Source of the DNA: Candidatus Hadarchaeota archaeon | GTDB lineage: Archaea; CAYQAE01; CAYVLA01 | Direction: 5' to 3' | DNA length: 64,000 nucleotides | Assembly: GCA_964621445.1 (NCBI GenBank) | Contig: CAZUNO010000010.1 | Coordinates: forward strand, 25,456-89,455 | Shown: in pieces, positions 48,989 to 58,124 of the stretch | Layout: each line of letters opens with the position of its first letter | Numbering within the stretch: the first letter of the stretch is position 1 | Position numbers and translations under genes: made by a program | The notes under the pieces: generated by a model | Seen by the model: only the letters and a program-made list of their open reading frames with translations | What the model was told of the DNA's origin: nothing | The model's database searches: none

Positions 48989-49186
48989 CTATTTCACCTC
49001 GTCCAATGCCTCTTCATTACCTCGAACCAGGTACTTCAACAGTATGGGCGTCAGAATTATGGTAATTATGCTCATCCCGGCAATTGCCGAGAAGAGCTCG
49101 TTACCCAGAATGGGGTTACCGGCTGATTTCTCAAAGGTCCTGGCAAAGCCGGCGATGATAAGGGCGATCTGGAGGAGTTCCTGCAT
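48989..49186 (-). pseudogene. Remnant of a CPA2/KefB-like cation:proton antiporter (only the last two TM helices after a short N-terminus)
   Basis: IALIIAG...ELFSAI..MSIIT..LTPILLK resembles the (RGE)xALIIA...ELFS...TP.LL C-terminus of CPA2 antiporters; only 65 aa. Confidence 0.55.
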
Positions 49187-49249
49187 TGCCAGGAATTACC
49201 GATGGACCCAATATTAATCCTATTAAGAGCCATAAAATGGCGGACGGAT

Positions 49250-50884
49250 TCATCTTTTCATGGATAATGAATCAATTCTCTTTCCTTTCAGGTCCTCTGC
49301 TTTTAGGTTTATTTCGTCTTCATCGACATCAACCGTTACGTGGTGGAAGACGTTGGCGTAGGTCTGAAACCCCTTAACATCATAGCATTTGTGATCGAGA
49401 GCTCCTCCGCCTCCCCCGGTTATAACCAGGTTTACCCCATCCAATTTGGCCCTCTCATAGTCATGGCAATGTCCAGTGAAGATAATATCCACGTCGTGTT
49501 CACGGAGAAAAGGAAATAGGATGGTTCGTGCTTCGGGATTTCCATCGTAACTTTGGATTCCCCATCCAATGCAGTAGGGTGGTTCATGGAAGAAGGCAAA
49601 ACGGAAGTCTGCCTCATTCCAATTCTTCCCCCTTAGCTCCTGGAGCAGCCATTGATGCTGATGACTCCCCTTTCCCAGAAGCGCGTAATTATTGATTACC
49701 AAGAACCTGCAATTGCAATGGGTAAAGGCATAATGATCCCTATATCCGGGGTGCTTTAGATAGCGAAAGAACCAGGCTGCTAAAGCTGCGTCCCCTGCTG
49801 TTCCCTCGTGGTTACCCACCACGTGATAGGAGGGAACCGAGTGAAAAAGGGGGGCCATTTGTCGGAAGTACTGATCCCACTGTTCGAAGTATCTACCATC
49901 GCTGGTTGCATCTCCGACGCATATAACGAAGGACGGGGAATCCTTCAGCATATTCCTGGCTATCGTCGATGATTGGGAAGCGCAGTGGGTATCCCCGTAA
50001 ACGCAGAATCTAAAGGGCCCCGAACGGGGAATGGTCCTGAAGCGGTATACGGGCGAGGTCGTGTTCCCACTTCTGACCCGGTAACCGTATTCCTTTCCAG
50101 GGCGGAGGCCGCTGAGGCGTATACTATGAATTCCCTGCTCAGATCCCTTGACTTCTCTATCCAGCCGTCCTGCGGGACCATATTCAACCGCCCCATCATC
50201 AGTCCGCCAGGTCTCCCACATCACGGTCATCGATTCGGTAGTTGGGTTCTGTAGGTAGGGCCCCTTTCTTGTCCCGGTTAAGCTAATTGGGAGTGGTCTC
50301 CTGAGCGAGAAATGTTGGCAGGCCATGATGCCGGGGCCACTGCTATACAGCCCAACCGCCCCCCTGGGCGGTTCATCCAATTCAAGATCCCAAAGCAAAA
50401 GGTTATCATGCCATAAAAGCAGTCGGTGGGCCAGGGACTGGATTCTTATCTTCTCGGTGATGCGGTAATAGATATGTGTAGGAATATAGTCACTATCATA
50501 GGTATCACTTCCCAGAATCCGTTCATTCCCCTTCCTTACCTCTATTAGCCTACGAAATCCGTTCTCCTTGTTTCTATAATCCTTTCGCTCCTCGTACCTA
50601 ATATAATTCCGGGGATCCTGATAGCCTAAAACCAAGCCAATGCAAGAGCAAGCGGCATCGCCAAGGGCCCTTATATGTGCCTCGATTTCCAGATCTCCTC
50701 CTGGATGGAGGTCTTCAATAAGTAAAACGGTCCAACCCCCACCATTTTGGGGATCACGACCATCTTGAATGAGAAGACCTGCCCTTGACTTATACCAATT
50801 TGATTTATAGAGATGGTCCTTTTTGCTCCACCCCGAAAGGGGGGTACCTCTCTCAAAATTATCGGTGAATAGATCATCGCTCAT
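49250..50884 (-). CDS. Metallophosphoesterase with N-terminal beta-sandwich and FN3 domains
   Basis: KGPYLQN, YGDTH, VGD, GNHE, FHEPP, GHCHDYER; GGTGA SD before MSDD. Confidence 0.85.
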   Translation of the reverse strand: MSDDLFTDNFERGTPLSGWSKKDHLYKSNWYKSRAGLLIQDGRDPQNGGGWTVLLIEDLHPGGDLEIEAHIRALGDAACSCIGLVLGYQDPRNYIRYEERKDYRNKENGFRRLIEVRKGNERILGSDTYDSDYIPTHIYYRITEKIRIQSLAHRLLLWHDNLLLWDLELDEPPRGAVGLYSSGPGIMACQHFSLRRPLPISLTGTRKGPYLQNPTTESMTVMWETWRTDDGAVEYGPAGRLDREVKGSEQGIHSIRLSGLRPGKEYGYRVRSGNTTSPVYRFRTIPRSGPFRFCVYGDTHCASQSSTIARNMLKDSPSFVICVGDATSDGRYFEQWDQYFRQMAPLFHSVPSYHVVGNHEGTAGDAALAAWFFRYLKHPGYRDHYAFTHCNCRFLVINNYALLGKGSHQHQWLLQELRGKNWNEADFRFAFFHEPPYCIGWGIQSYDGNPEARTILFPFLREHDVDIIFTGHCHDYERAKLDGVNLVITGGGGGALDHKCYDVKGFQTYANVFHHVTVDVDEDEINLKAEDLKGKRIDSLSMKR

Positions 50885-50950
50885 GTTTTCACCCTGGTAG
50901 GGCACCAATCAGATCTTTAAGTATGAATTCCAAATAGACCCGGTGTTAGC

Positions 50951-51874
50951 TTGGCTGGATGGAGCTTCGTATTTATTTCCGATATTCATGTGGGTTCTGC
51001 TAGATCATTCAGGTTCGAGCCTGCCTGGAACCAGAACTGGGAGACGGCCAAGGAGCAGATACTGGAATTGGATCCAGATCTACTTTTACTGGGGGGTGAT
51101 CTCACAAGAGATGGCAATATTCATGGATATGAACTCGATAATATCCGGAGCCAACTGGACGAACTTCCCTTTCCCTACCGGGTGGTGGCGGGGAACATGG
51201 ATACTGGGAACAAGCATACCCAATTCTCGGGATCCATCAAGGGCCGTGACGACCAAGAATTGAATGTTACGTCGGAACAGCTTGCTCATTTCTCATCATA
51301 TTTTGGCGACCTTAACTGGTCATTTTATATGGAAAATGCCAGAATATTCGGTTTTTGTGACATGGTTGCTGGCTCGGGGCTGCCGGAGGGGGAGAGGTTA
51401 TGGAGATGGATGGAAGGGATCGAGAATATGCCTGAGGCGGAAAACACCATATGGGTGACCCATTATCCCTTATTTATAGAGGATCCATATGAACCGAGCT
51501 TCGATATAACCGATCCAGATCATTATCGGGACTGGTATTTTGGCCTCGACAGGGGGCCCAGAAGTAGAATACTGGATTTGATGAAAAGGGTGGGGACGGA
51601 CCTGGTTCTAACGGGACATGTACATTGCCGGAAGACCCACGATGCGTTGGGAATCCGTTTTGATATCGGTCCTTCAACGGCCTTCCCTCAATGGGCGGAT
51701 AGATGGGAAGACGGTGACCCTAGGCTTGGCTTTGTCCTATATCAAATAGAGGGTGATGAAATCTGCTCCAGATTTATTCCTCTTGCCGAGACTTCCAAGG
51801 TTAAGGGCTATGGACCTGGAGGGCACCCCAGGCCAAATGAAAGGAATTATTCTAAGGCTTGGGATAAGGAATAG
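50951..51874 (+). CDS. Calcineurin-like metallophosphoesterase (Icc/CpdA-like)
   Basis: SDIH, GGD, GNMD, THYP, GHVH. Confidence 0.85.
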   Translation: MAGWSFVFISDIHVGSARSFRFEPAWNQNWETAKEQILELDPDLLLLGGDLTRDGNIHGYELDNIRSQLDELPFPYRVVAGNMDTGNKHTQFSGSIKGRDDQELNVTSEQLAHFSSYFGDLNWSFYMENARIFGFCDMVAGSGLPEGERLWRWMEGIENMPEAENTIWVTHYPLFIEDPYEPSFDITDPDHYRDWYFGLDRGPRSRILDLMKRVGTDLVLTGHVHCRKTHDALGIRFDIGPSTAFPQWADRWEDGDPRLGFVLYQIEGDEICSRFIPLAETSKVKGYGPGGHPRPNERNYSKAWDKE

Positions 51875-51890
51875 AGGCCTATCTTTACGG

Positions 51891-53129
51891 TCAATTCTCC
51901 TTCCAGGATGTGGTTTTTGTTGAGCTATAAAGCCTTCTCCGGATCATCAATTGATGGAGGACCAGACCAGATATTATGAGAGTTGCTGATGTCACCGTCC
52001 ATTCCGAGATATAGACCCACGTTAGAGCCTCGTTCTTGGCCTCAACGGCCTCGGCCTCGAGGTTTTCCAATTCCTCCAAGGCCTCCCCTAGCTGATCCTC
52101 GCTCCTTTGATATCTCTGCTCGAGATAGGAGATCCTTGCCTGGTCTCTAATAAGATCCGTTTCCTCTATCCTTCGTTGAATATCGCTTGTTCTGGCGCCG
52201 AAACTATCAACGAACTCTAGGACCCCTAACAGGTGTCGCTTACTCTCCAGATATTCATCGAACATTTCTCTCTGTCTGTGAACCTGTAATATGTCATCGG
52301 GTAGCTCCAGACCCAGGCTGTGGTATATTATGTTCATGAGTACATCCGTCCTATACGGATTTCTGCATTCACCGTAGCGGGATCCCCAGAAACTGCTCAC
52401 GAAATTATCTCCAAGATTCCAGGTCAAACCGCTATCGTATTGCATCGAAAAAAGCCACGGAAAATCTCTCTGATAGGCTGGAAACATCCCCTCCATATAT
52501 GCCCAAATTAGGGCACCCTGTTTGGGCACAACATACCAGCCATGGCTCACCAATATTTCCTCCAATCCCAGGTCCACGAATGGTCTCAGTACCCTAGGTA
52601 ATGTGGGGTCCACCCTCACCTCTATCCTGAAACTGCTGGTTCCCAGCGAGTGTTCAACTCCGTGCGAGATAACCGAAGAGGCATCATTAGGAAAAAGTTC
52701 ATGAAGGCCCGAGGCCACCCATGCCTGCCTAAAGACCTCGTCGCTGCTTATGCCTCCCTGGTCGGCGAGAGCAGGTGTTCCCCCCGAGGTGGACCTCTTC
52801 AGGAAATCAATCTGCCTGTTGGTAAGGGGCCGTACGTCGGGAGCCGCTACATAGATTATGAACTCATATTCTCCGAGATGGGCGTAGGACTTTGGAAAGT
52901 AAAGCCTAACGTATCTCTTGGCGGTTTCCGGGTCCATGGCCGAGGCATGTCTGGTGGGAACTAGGGTTTGACGAATTCCAGGATCAGGCTCCAGGATGCT
53001 GACTATTGGGGAATCAGCCGGGAGAACGGCCCCAATGGCCAGGATATCAATTATTTCCGCACCGGAACTAGCTCCAGTTAATATGAGGAGTAATGCCAGG
53101 ATTAGTATACAAGGCAGAGCCCTGCTCAT
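51891..53129 (-). CDS. Secreted membrane-anchored GATase1-like protein (paralog 4 of 4)
   Basis: Signal peptide; RLYFPKS...YEF; FGART; ALTWVYISEW-TM-LMIRRRLY..TKTT. Confidence 0.75.
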   Translation of the reverse strand: MSRALPCILILALLLILTGASSGAEIIDILAIGAVLPADSPIVSILEPDPGIRQTLVPTRHASAMDPETAKRYVRLYFPKSYAHLGEYEFIIYVAAPDVRPLTNRQIDFLKRSTSGGTPALADQGGISSDEVFRQAWVASGLHELFPNDASSVISHGVEHSLGTSSFRIEVRVDPTLPRVLRPFVDLGLEEILVSHGWYVVPKQGALIWAYMEGMFPAYQRDFPWLFSMQYDSGLTWNLGDNFVSSFWGSRYGECRNPYRTDVLMNIIYHSLGLELPDDILQVHRQREMFDEYLESKRHLLGVLEFVDSFGARTSDIQRRIEETDLIRDQARISYLEQRYQRSEDQLGEALEELENLEAEAVEAKNEALTWVYISEWTVTSATLIISGLVLHQLMIRRRLYSSTKTTSWKEN

Positions 53130-53287
53130 GGTTATCCCATAGGCAGGAGTACGTTAAGTTACTTATGCTAAATCCCTGGCTCGCCTTTCCTGATCTAGCC
53201 TTGCATATATACCCCTAGGTCTAACCAAAGGGATGCTATCTATTACCTGAGTCTGATTCAGGTGGAAAGCCGGATCCCGCGGTCCTT

Positions 53288-53947
53288 CTATAACTTCTTA
53301 TGGCACAGCCACCAGTCGAAGCACTCAAACTCCCCGGCTTTTGCCTTCTCGAGTCTTTCCTTTGCAGTCTCCGTATCCTTGGCGGGGGAAATGATCACGT
53401 GGTCTTCAACTATCTCATTCTTGGGCCAGTTAGCCGGCATGGCCACGCCATTCTCGTCTGAGATCTGCATTGCCTTTACTATGCGGATTATCTCGTCCAT
53501 ATCTCTGCCAAGTTCCTGGGGATAATACAGGATTGTTCTGATTACTCCCTGATCGTCCACAACAAATACCGCCCTCACCGTGTTTGTCCCTTTTCCAGGA
53601 TGTATGAGTCCTAGCGTCTCGGCAACCTTACCGGTATCGGCGATTATGGGGAATTCTATTTCCACGTCCATGTTTTCCTTTATCCATTCCTCCCACTTTA
53701 TGTGGGCGAAAACCTGGTCCACGCTCAGTCCAATTAGCTCGCAATTGAGACCTTTGAACTGGTCATACCTCTTCTGGAAGGCAACGAACTCGGTGGTGCA
53801 TACAGGCGTGAAATCTGCTGGATGGCTAAAGAGTACGAACCATTTCCCTGCGAAGTCGTCCGGAAGGTCAATAGTCCCATGTGTCGTTACTACGGTAATG
53901 TCGGGGAATTTATCCCCGAGCAATGGCATTCCTTTTTCTTTTTCCAT
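53288..53947 (-). CDS. Peroxiredoxin (archaeal Prx6-type)
   Basis: [34 protein letters not shown]. Confidence 0.95.
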   Translation of the reverse strand: MEKEKGMPLLGDKFPDITVVTTHGTIDLPDDFAGKWFVLFSHPADFTPVCTTEFVAFQKRYDQFKGLNCELIGLSVDQVFAHIKWEEWIKENMDVEIEFPIIADTGKVAETLGLIHPGKGTNTVRAVFVVDDQGVIRTILYYPQELGRDMDEIIRIVKAMQISDENGVAMPANWPKNEIVEDHVIISPAKDTETAKERLEKAKAGEFECFDWWLCHKKL

Positions 53948-53995
53948 ATCAAGATATCTCCTTATAACCTATTGGCTGTTTATAGACTGCGATTA

Positions 53996-54054
53996 CCTAT
54001 TAAAAGCATCGTTATAGCAATTCCCGTGCTATGATAACGAAAATGATGAATAGG
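53996..54054. promoter_or_regulatory. Imperfect inverted repeat over and next to the peroxiredoxin TATA
   Basis: TCGTTATAGCA-N7-TGCTAT(GAT)AACGA flanked by CCTATT/AATAGG; TTTTAATA on the minus strand. Confidence 0.4.
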
Positions 54055-54118
54055 AAAAAGAGGGAGGGGGCCCTTGATTCCGATTTAATAGCTTTCAGAA
54101 CACCGTGTAATACTGGAG

Positions 54119-55255
54119 GTGCCGACCATGGGATTTCGTCAAATCATTTCGGAGATATTTCTGGAGCCCTGGTTTGAATCACTTCGTTCCCCTGAGAAGG
54201 CGCAGAGAGAGGTGCTGTCCGCCCTATTGCAGGGATATGAAAGGACGGAATATGGAAGATCCCATGGGGCCGAGGATATCTCCAATATGAATGAATTTCG
54301 GGACTCCTTCCCGAGACTTACCTACGAGGGTCTTCGTCCCATACTCCAGAGAGTCAAGCAAGGGGATTACTCCGCTATTCTTCCGGAGCCACCTGAGGAA
54401 TGGGTGATGACCAGGGGAACCACGGGGTCGTCAAAGGTTATACCCGTAACAAGGACCCATATCGATCAAATCCGTAACTGTGGGGCGAGGGGGATACTGA
54501 ATTTTGATAATCGATATCCCGAGGCTGGGGTGTTGGCCGGTAGGATCCTTAATCTGAATTTTCCTTCCTCGGTTCATCACATGAAGTATGAAGGGGAGAA
54601 TATCTCCTACGGATATAGCTCCGGGACATATGCAAGGCTAATTCCCAGCCTAAACGAAACGGCCCTGGTTCCAAGACAGGAGGCCATGGACAAACTTGGG
54701 CCGGGAATTTCCAAGGATGATTGGCATGGAAGGTTTGATCTGGCCTTTAAGGAGGCCAGGAAGGAAAAGGTGACGGCAGCAATGGGCGTGGCTCCGGTAA
54801 TATCGTCCTTTGCCAGGTACCTAAGCAGCGAGCATGACGTGAAACCAAAGGAAGTATGGAAAATGGTTGCCCTGTTCTGCACCAGCGTTCCCAAAATACA
54901 CACCAAGTATGCGCCTCGGCTGCGGAACTACTACGGCAATATACCGATCGTGGAGCTATACACGGCAACCGAGGGGGCGTTTGGCCAGCAGTTGGATGAC
55001 CTTCCCTACTTTTCCCCAAATTATGATACCTATCTATTTGAGGTGGATATGGGTGGCAAGATCAGGCCGCTTTGGGAGATGGAACGCGGCGATTGGGGAA
55101 GGTTGATAATCTCCTCATGTCTTTTTCCCAGATACGATATAGGGGATATGGTGGAATGCCTGGGAAAGCATTACTTCCGAATCTTTGGAAGAAATAGCTT
55201 CAGGACGGTACTTGAACATAGAATCTACAGATTGGTAACCAGGTGGTTCATCTAG
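54119..55255 (+). CDS. GH3 (auxin-responsive/acyl-adenylate-forming) family protein
   Basis: Q...L..LL..Y..TEYG, TRGTTG.SK.IP, YTATEG, RYDIGD, GR. Confidence 0.85.
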   Translation: MPTMGFRQIISEIFLEPWFESLRSPEKAQREVLSALLQGYERTEYGRSHGAEDISNMNEFRDSFPRLTYEGLRPILQRVKQGDYSAILPEPPEEWVMTRGTTGSSKVIPVTRTHIDQIRNCGARGILNFDNRYPEAGVLAGRILNLNFPSSVHHMKYEGENISYGYSSGTYARLIPSLNETALVPRQEAMDKLGPGISKDDWHGRFDLAFKEARKEKVTAAMGVAPVISSFARYLSSEHDVKPKEVWKMVALFCTSVPKIHTKYAPRLRNYYGNIPIVELYTATEGAFGQQLDDLPYFSPNYDTYLFEVDMGGKIRPLWEMERGDWGRLIISSCLFPRYDIGDMVECLGKHYFRIFGRNSFRTVLEHRIYRLVTRWFI

Positions 55256-55763
55256 GCTTTGGGCTCTTCTTTGCACTGGAATAGCCCCAGATAATTATTC
55301 CGGCACCTATGATTATTAGGACCACTGCCCACCAGTGTTCCAGATCGAGGACATTCCCCACGCCGATGCCACAGAGAATGACTCCACCAATGAGGTACCC
55401 CATTGATCCCCCTCTCATACCCTGGGCATACTTGTAGGCTCCTTGAAATAGGAGGATACCTCCGATACCCGCAAGGAATAAGGACCATGAATCATTGCCG
55501 CTTATTATCCCTGCATCAGTGAGAAGAAGAATTGAACCCAGGAGTATGATTATCATCCCGCCTACGATAGGGCCGGACCTATCATGTTCGCCCTTTTCGT
55601 GTTTCTCCTCTTCCTTTTCCCTCTTCTCCATCTTTTCATCCTTTTCATCCTTTTCCCCTTGGTCATGTCTCTCGGTAACCTTTTTACCAAGAGCTGCACC
55701 ACAAGAGGGGCAATAAACGTCGTCCTTGGAGACCTCCGCCCCGCACTCCCTGCAATAAGGCAA
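55248..55763 (-). CDS. Zinc-ribbon + EK-repeat + 4-TM membrane protein (LiaF/DUF5668-like)
   Basis: YCRECG...YCPSCG; EKDEKDEKMEKREK; four hydrophobic helices. Confidence 0.8.
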   Translation of the reverse strand: MPYCRECGAEVSKDDVYCPSCGAALGKKVTERHDQGEKDEKDEKMEKREKEEEKHEKGEHDRSGPIVGGMIIILLGSILLLTDAGIISGNDSWSLFLAGIGGILLFQGAYKYAQGMRGGSMGYLIGGVILCGIGVGNVLDLEHWWAVVLIIIGAGIIIWGYSSAKKSPKPR

Positions 55764-55935
55764 TTCTTAAACCCGGTATGGGAATACACCCCTGGTAAAA
55801 AAAGATTTTGAAAGAGGTTTTTCTTGGGTGGGCTTATTTGGGTCACGAGGCGCTAGAGGGATTAAAACTTGAAAGGATTTCATCAGGAATTGGAATTGGA
55901 ATCAAATTTTTATCCCTTTTGAACGGCAGGGAAGC

Positions 55936-57024
55936 TTGAATATGAACAGAAGAGAGAGACTTGAGAGATGCTATGCGGGAATGGAAACCGATCGCCCTGC
56001 CGTGTACAGCCGGATCGGTTATCCTAGGGGCGATCCCACATATGACAGACTCAAGAAATATATGGAATCTAACAGCGAACTCAAGGCTTCCTGGTCCGAT
56101 ATAGAGGAAACCTCCTATCCCACTGATATCCATACAGAGCCACACTCTGATGATTTTGAGCGTCAGGTGACGGTTCTTCATACGCCGAAGGGAGATCTGC
56201 AAAAATCCAAATTAATTAGCTTAAAAGGTAAGCCCGGACTGGCCGAGGCCTTTTTTATCAAGACCGTTGAAGATGCCGAGAAGTACCTATCACTGCCCCT
56301 TCCAGAGATCGAGCATATCAATGTCAAAACTTTTAATGATAGAAAGGAGGAAATTGGGAATGCCGGCATAGTGAGCGTTTCGATTGGGGCCTCCCCAGGC
56401 GGCTTTGTTGCCACCCTTTTTGGAACCACGAATTTTGCGAAGATGTCGATAACCAATAGGGACCTGGTCCATGAGCTATGCGAGCGACAGATGAGGATAG
56501 TGGACAATCGGGTGGAAGAGCTGCTAAAAGAGGGTATTGGTCCCTTCTTTGCTACATCGGGAGAGGAGTATATCGTGCCACCCATTCACGGTCCCCGGGA
56601 CTTCAGGGATTTCATCGTGAGATATGAAAAGCCCATATTTGACCGCATTCACGAGTCAGACGGGTATATTCACGTCCATTGCCACGGCTCAATTAAGAAG
56701 GTCTTCCAGGGTTTTGTTGATATGGGGGTGGATGTCCTGCATCCATTTGAAGCACCTCCAATGGGTGATATAACTCCCTCTGAAGCCAAGGAGCTATCCA
56801 GGGACAGGATATGTCTAGAGGGCAATATTCAAATCAATCGCATGTACGAGTGCTGTCCTCAAGATATCAAGGAAGAGACCGAAAAGCTAATCGAAACCGT
56901 ATTTGACGATATGAAGGGCTTGATCGTTAGCCCCACAGCTTCACCATATGTATGGGGAAAGGGGGAGGAGGCCTTCCCAAGATATAAGGCGATGGTGGAT
57001 GCGGTTATCCAATGGGACAATTAG
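55936..57024 (+). CDS. Uroporphyrinogen decarboxylase/MtaA-CmuA family protein
   Basis: RERL...DRP, TPKG.L, HVHCHG, HPFE.PP.GD, CLEGN. Confidence 0.85.
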   Translation: MNMNRRERLERCYAGMETDRPAVYSRIGYPRGDPTYDRLKKYMESNSELKASWSDIEETSYPTDIHTEPHSDDFERQVTVLHTPKGDLQKSKLISLKGKPGLAEAFFIKTVEDAEKYLSLPLPEIEHINVKTFNDRKEEIGNAGIVSVSIGASPGGFVATLFGTTNFAKMSITNRDLVHELCERQMRIVDNRVEELLKEGIGPFFATSGEEYIVPPIHGPRDFRDFIVRYEKPIFDRIHESDGYIHVHCHGSIKKVFQGFVDMGVDVLHPFEAPPMGDITPSEAKELSRDRICLEGNIQINRMYECCPQDIKEETEKLIETVFDDMKGLIVSPTASPYVWGKGEEAFPRYKAMVDAVIQWDN

Positions 57025-57057
57025 ATGGAAAGGATGATGAGTTCTACGCAGCCCTGA

Positions 57058-58107
57058 TCACAGGTACCAGTTCAAGCTCTGGTCCATGTAGCTCATTAGT
57101 CCGGAAAAGAGATTCTTTGTTTCCTGGTCCATGTTTGTTTTATCAAGGGTCCTGAGGGCCTTTTCTTTGTATTTTTCGGCCATTCTTTTTGCCCTCGCCA
57201 CCCCATTGGTGTCCTTTAATGCCGACCTAAAGGACTTCAAATCCGATTTGGGGGAGCGCAATATTTTCTTCTGATCATCATCCGCTTGCTCCAATGCCAG
57301 CACAACGTGCAAGGGCCTCTTCCGGGTTGATATATCCGATCCGGGTTTACGCCCGTACTGCTCTCTGGTTGCGAAGGTGTCGATTATGTCGTCCTGGATA
57401 TCGAATACGAAACCCATCAGTTCTCCCGCTTGTGCCAGCATCACAAGTTCATTTTCAATATTTGCCACGATGCCGCCCATTTTCATAGTGGCCCTGAAGA
57501 GCGAGGCCGCCCTTTTGGATGCCATGGCTTTCCATTCCTGTAGGCTTGAATCCCGTCCCTCCATGTATACATCGAGAATCTGGCTTTCGTTAACCGCCGT
57601 GTTGGCTCCAATAAGCTCTTTCAATAGGGATTGAATCACTGTTGGTTCAAGATCGGACCCGTTAATCATTTCCATTGATAGACAGAATAGTATATTGCCC
57701 TGGAAAACGGCGCAACCCATTCCCAACCTTGGGTCCCGGAGGCTGGTAAACCGGGCGTGTATGGTGGGTTTACCCCTCCTTTGATCATCGGCGTCTACAA
57801 GATCGTCGTGAATCAGTATGGAGTGCCTGTAAAGCTCGATGGCCCCGCAGACCCTCTCTAGAACCTTCCTATTTTCAACTCCGTAACCCTCGCACACGAG
57901 GGAAGTGGTAAAGGAGGCAATTCTTTTCCCGGTTCGCATCAAATATTCGGAAATTGCGTCGTATTGTTCGCTGATGAAGGGGTGGTAGCCCTCTTTTCCG
58001 TCCTTGATAGTCCCCATGAAGGCGGTAAGATATTCCTCTAGCCATTCCGAATGCTTATCGAGTTTACCTATAACCATCTCAATCTGATCTTCGCTCAAGC
58101 TATTCAC
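57058..58107 (-). CDS. Polyprenyl diphosphate synthase (second copy)
   Basis: GKRI, FARM HDDLVD.D..RRG.PT.H, SQ.LD, SARM QDDIID, GSD. Confidence 0.88.
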   Translation of the reverse strand: MNSLSEDQIEMVIGKLDKHSEWLEEYLTAFMGTIKDGKEGYHPFISEQYDAISEYLMRTGKRIASFTTSLVCEGYGVENRKVLERVCGAIELYRHSILIHDDLVDADDQRRGKPTIHARFTSLRDPRLGMGCAVFQGNILFCLSMEMINGSDLEPTVIQSLLKELIGANTAVNESQILDVYMEGRDSSLQEWKAMASKRAASLFRATMKMGGIVANIENELVMLAQAGELMGFVFDIQDDIIDTFATREQYGRKPGSDISTRKRPLHVVLALEQADDDQKKILRSPKSDLKSFRSALKDTNGVARAKRMAEKYKEKALRTLDKTNMDQETKNLFSGLMSYMDQSLNWYL

Positions 58108-58124
58108 CCTTGATTGGATGTGGA

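Noticed and set aside
48989-49186. PiT phosphate transporter fragment (expected beside DUF47)
   Set aside because: No GANDxxN signature; the sequence fits a CPA2 C-terminus better.
55600-55660. Short tandem repeat (CATCCTTTT units)
   Set aside because: Explained by the EKDEKDEK low-complexity linker of the encoded protein.
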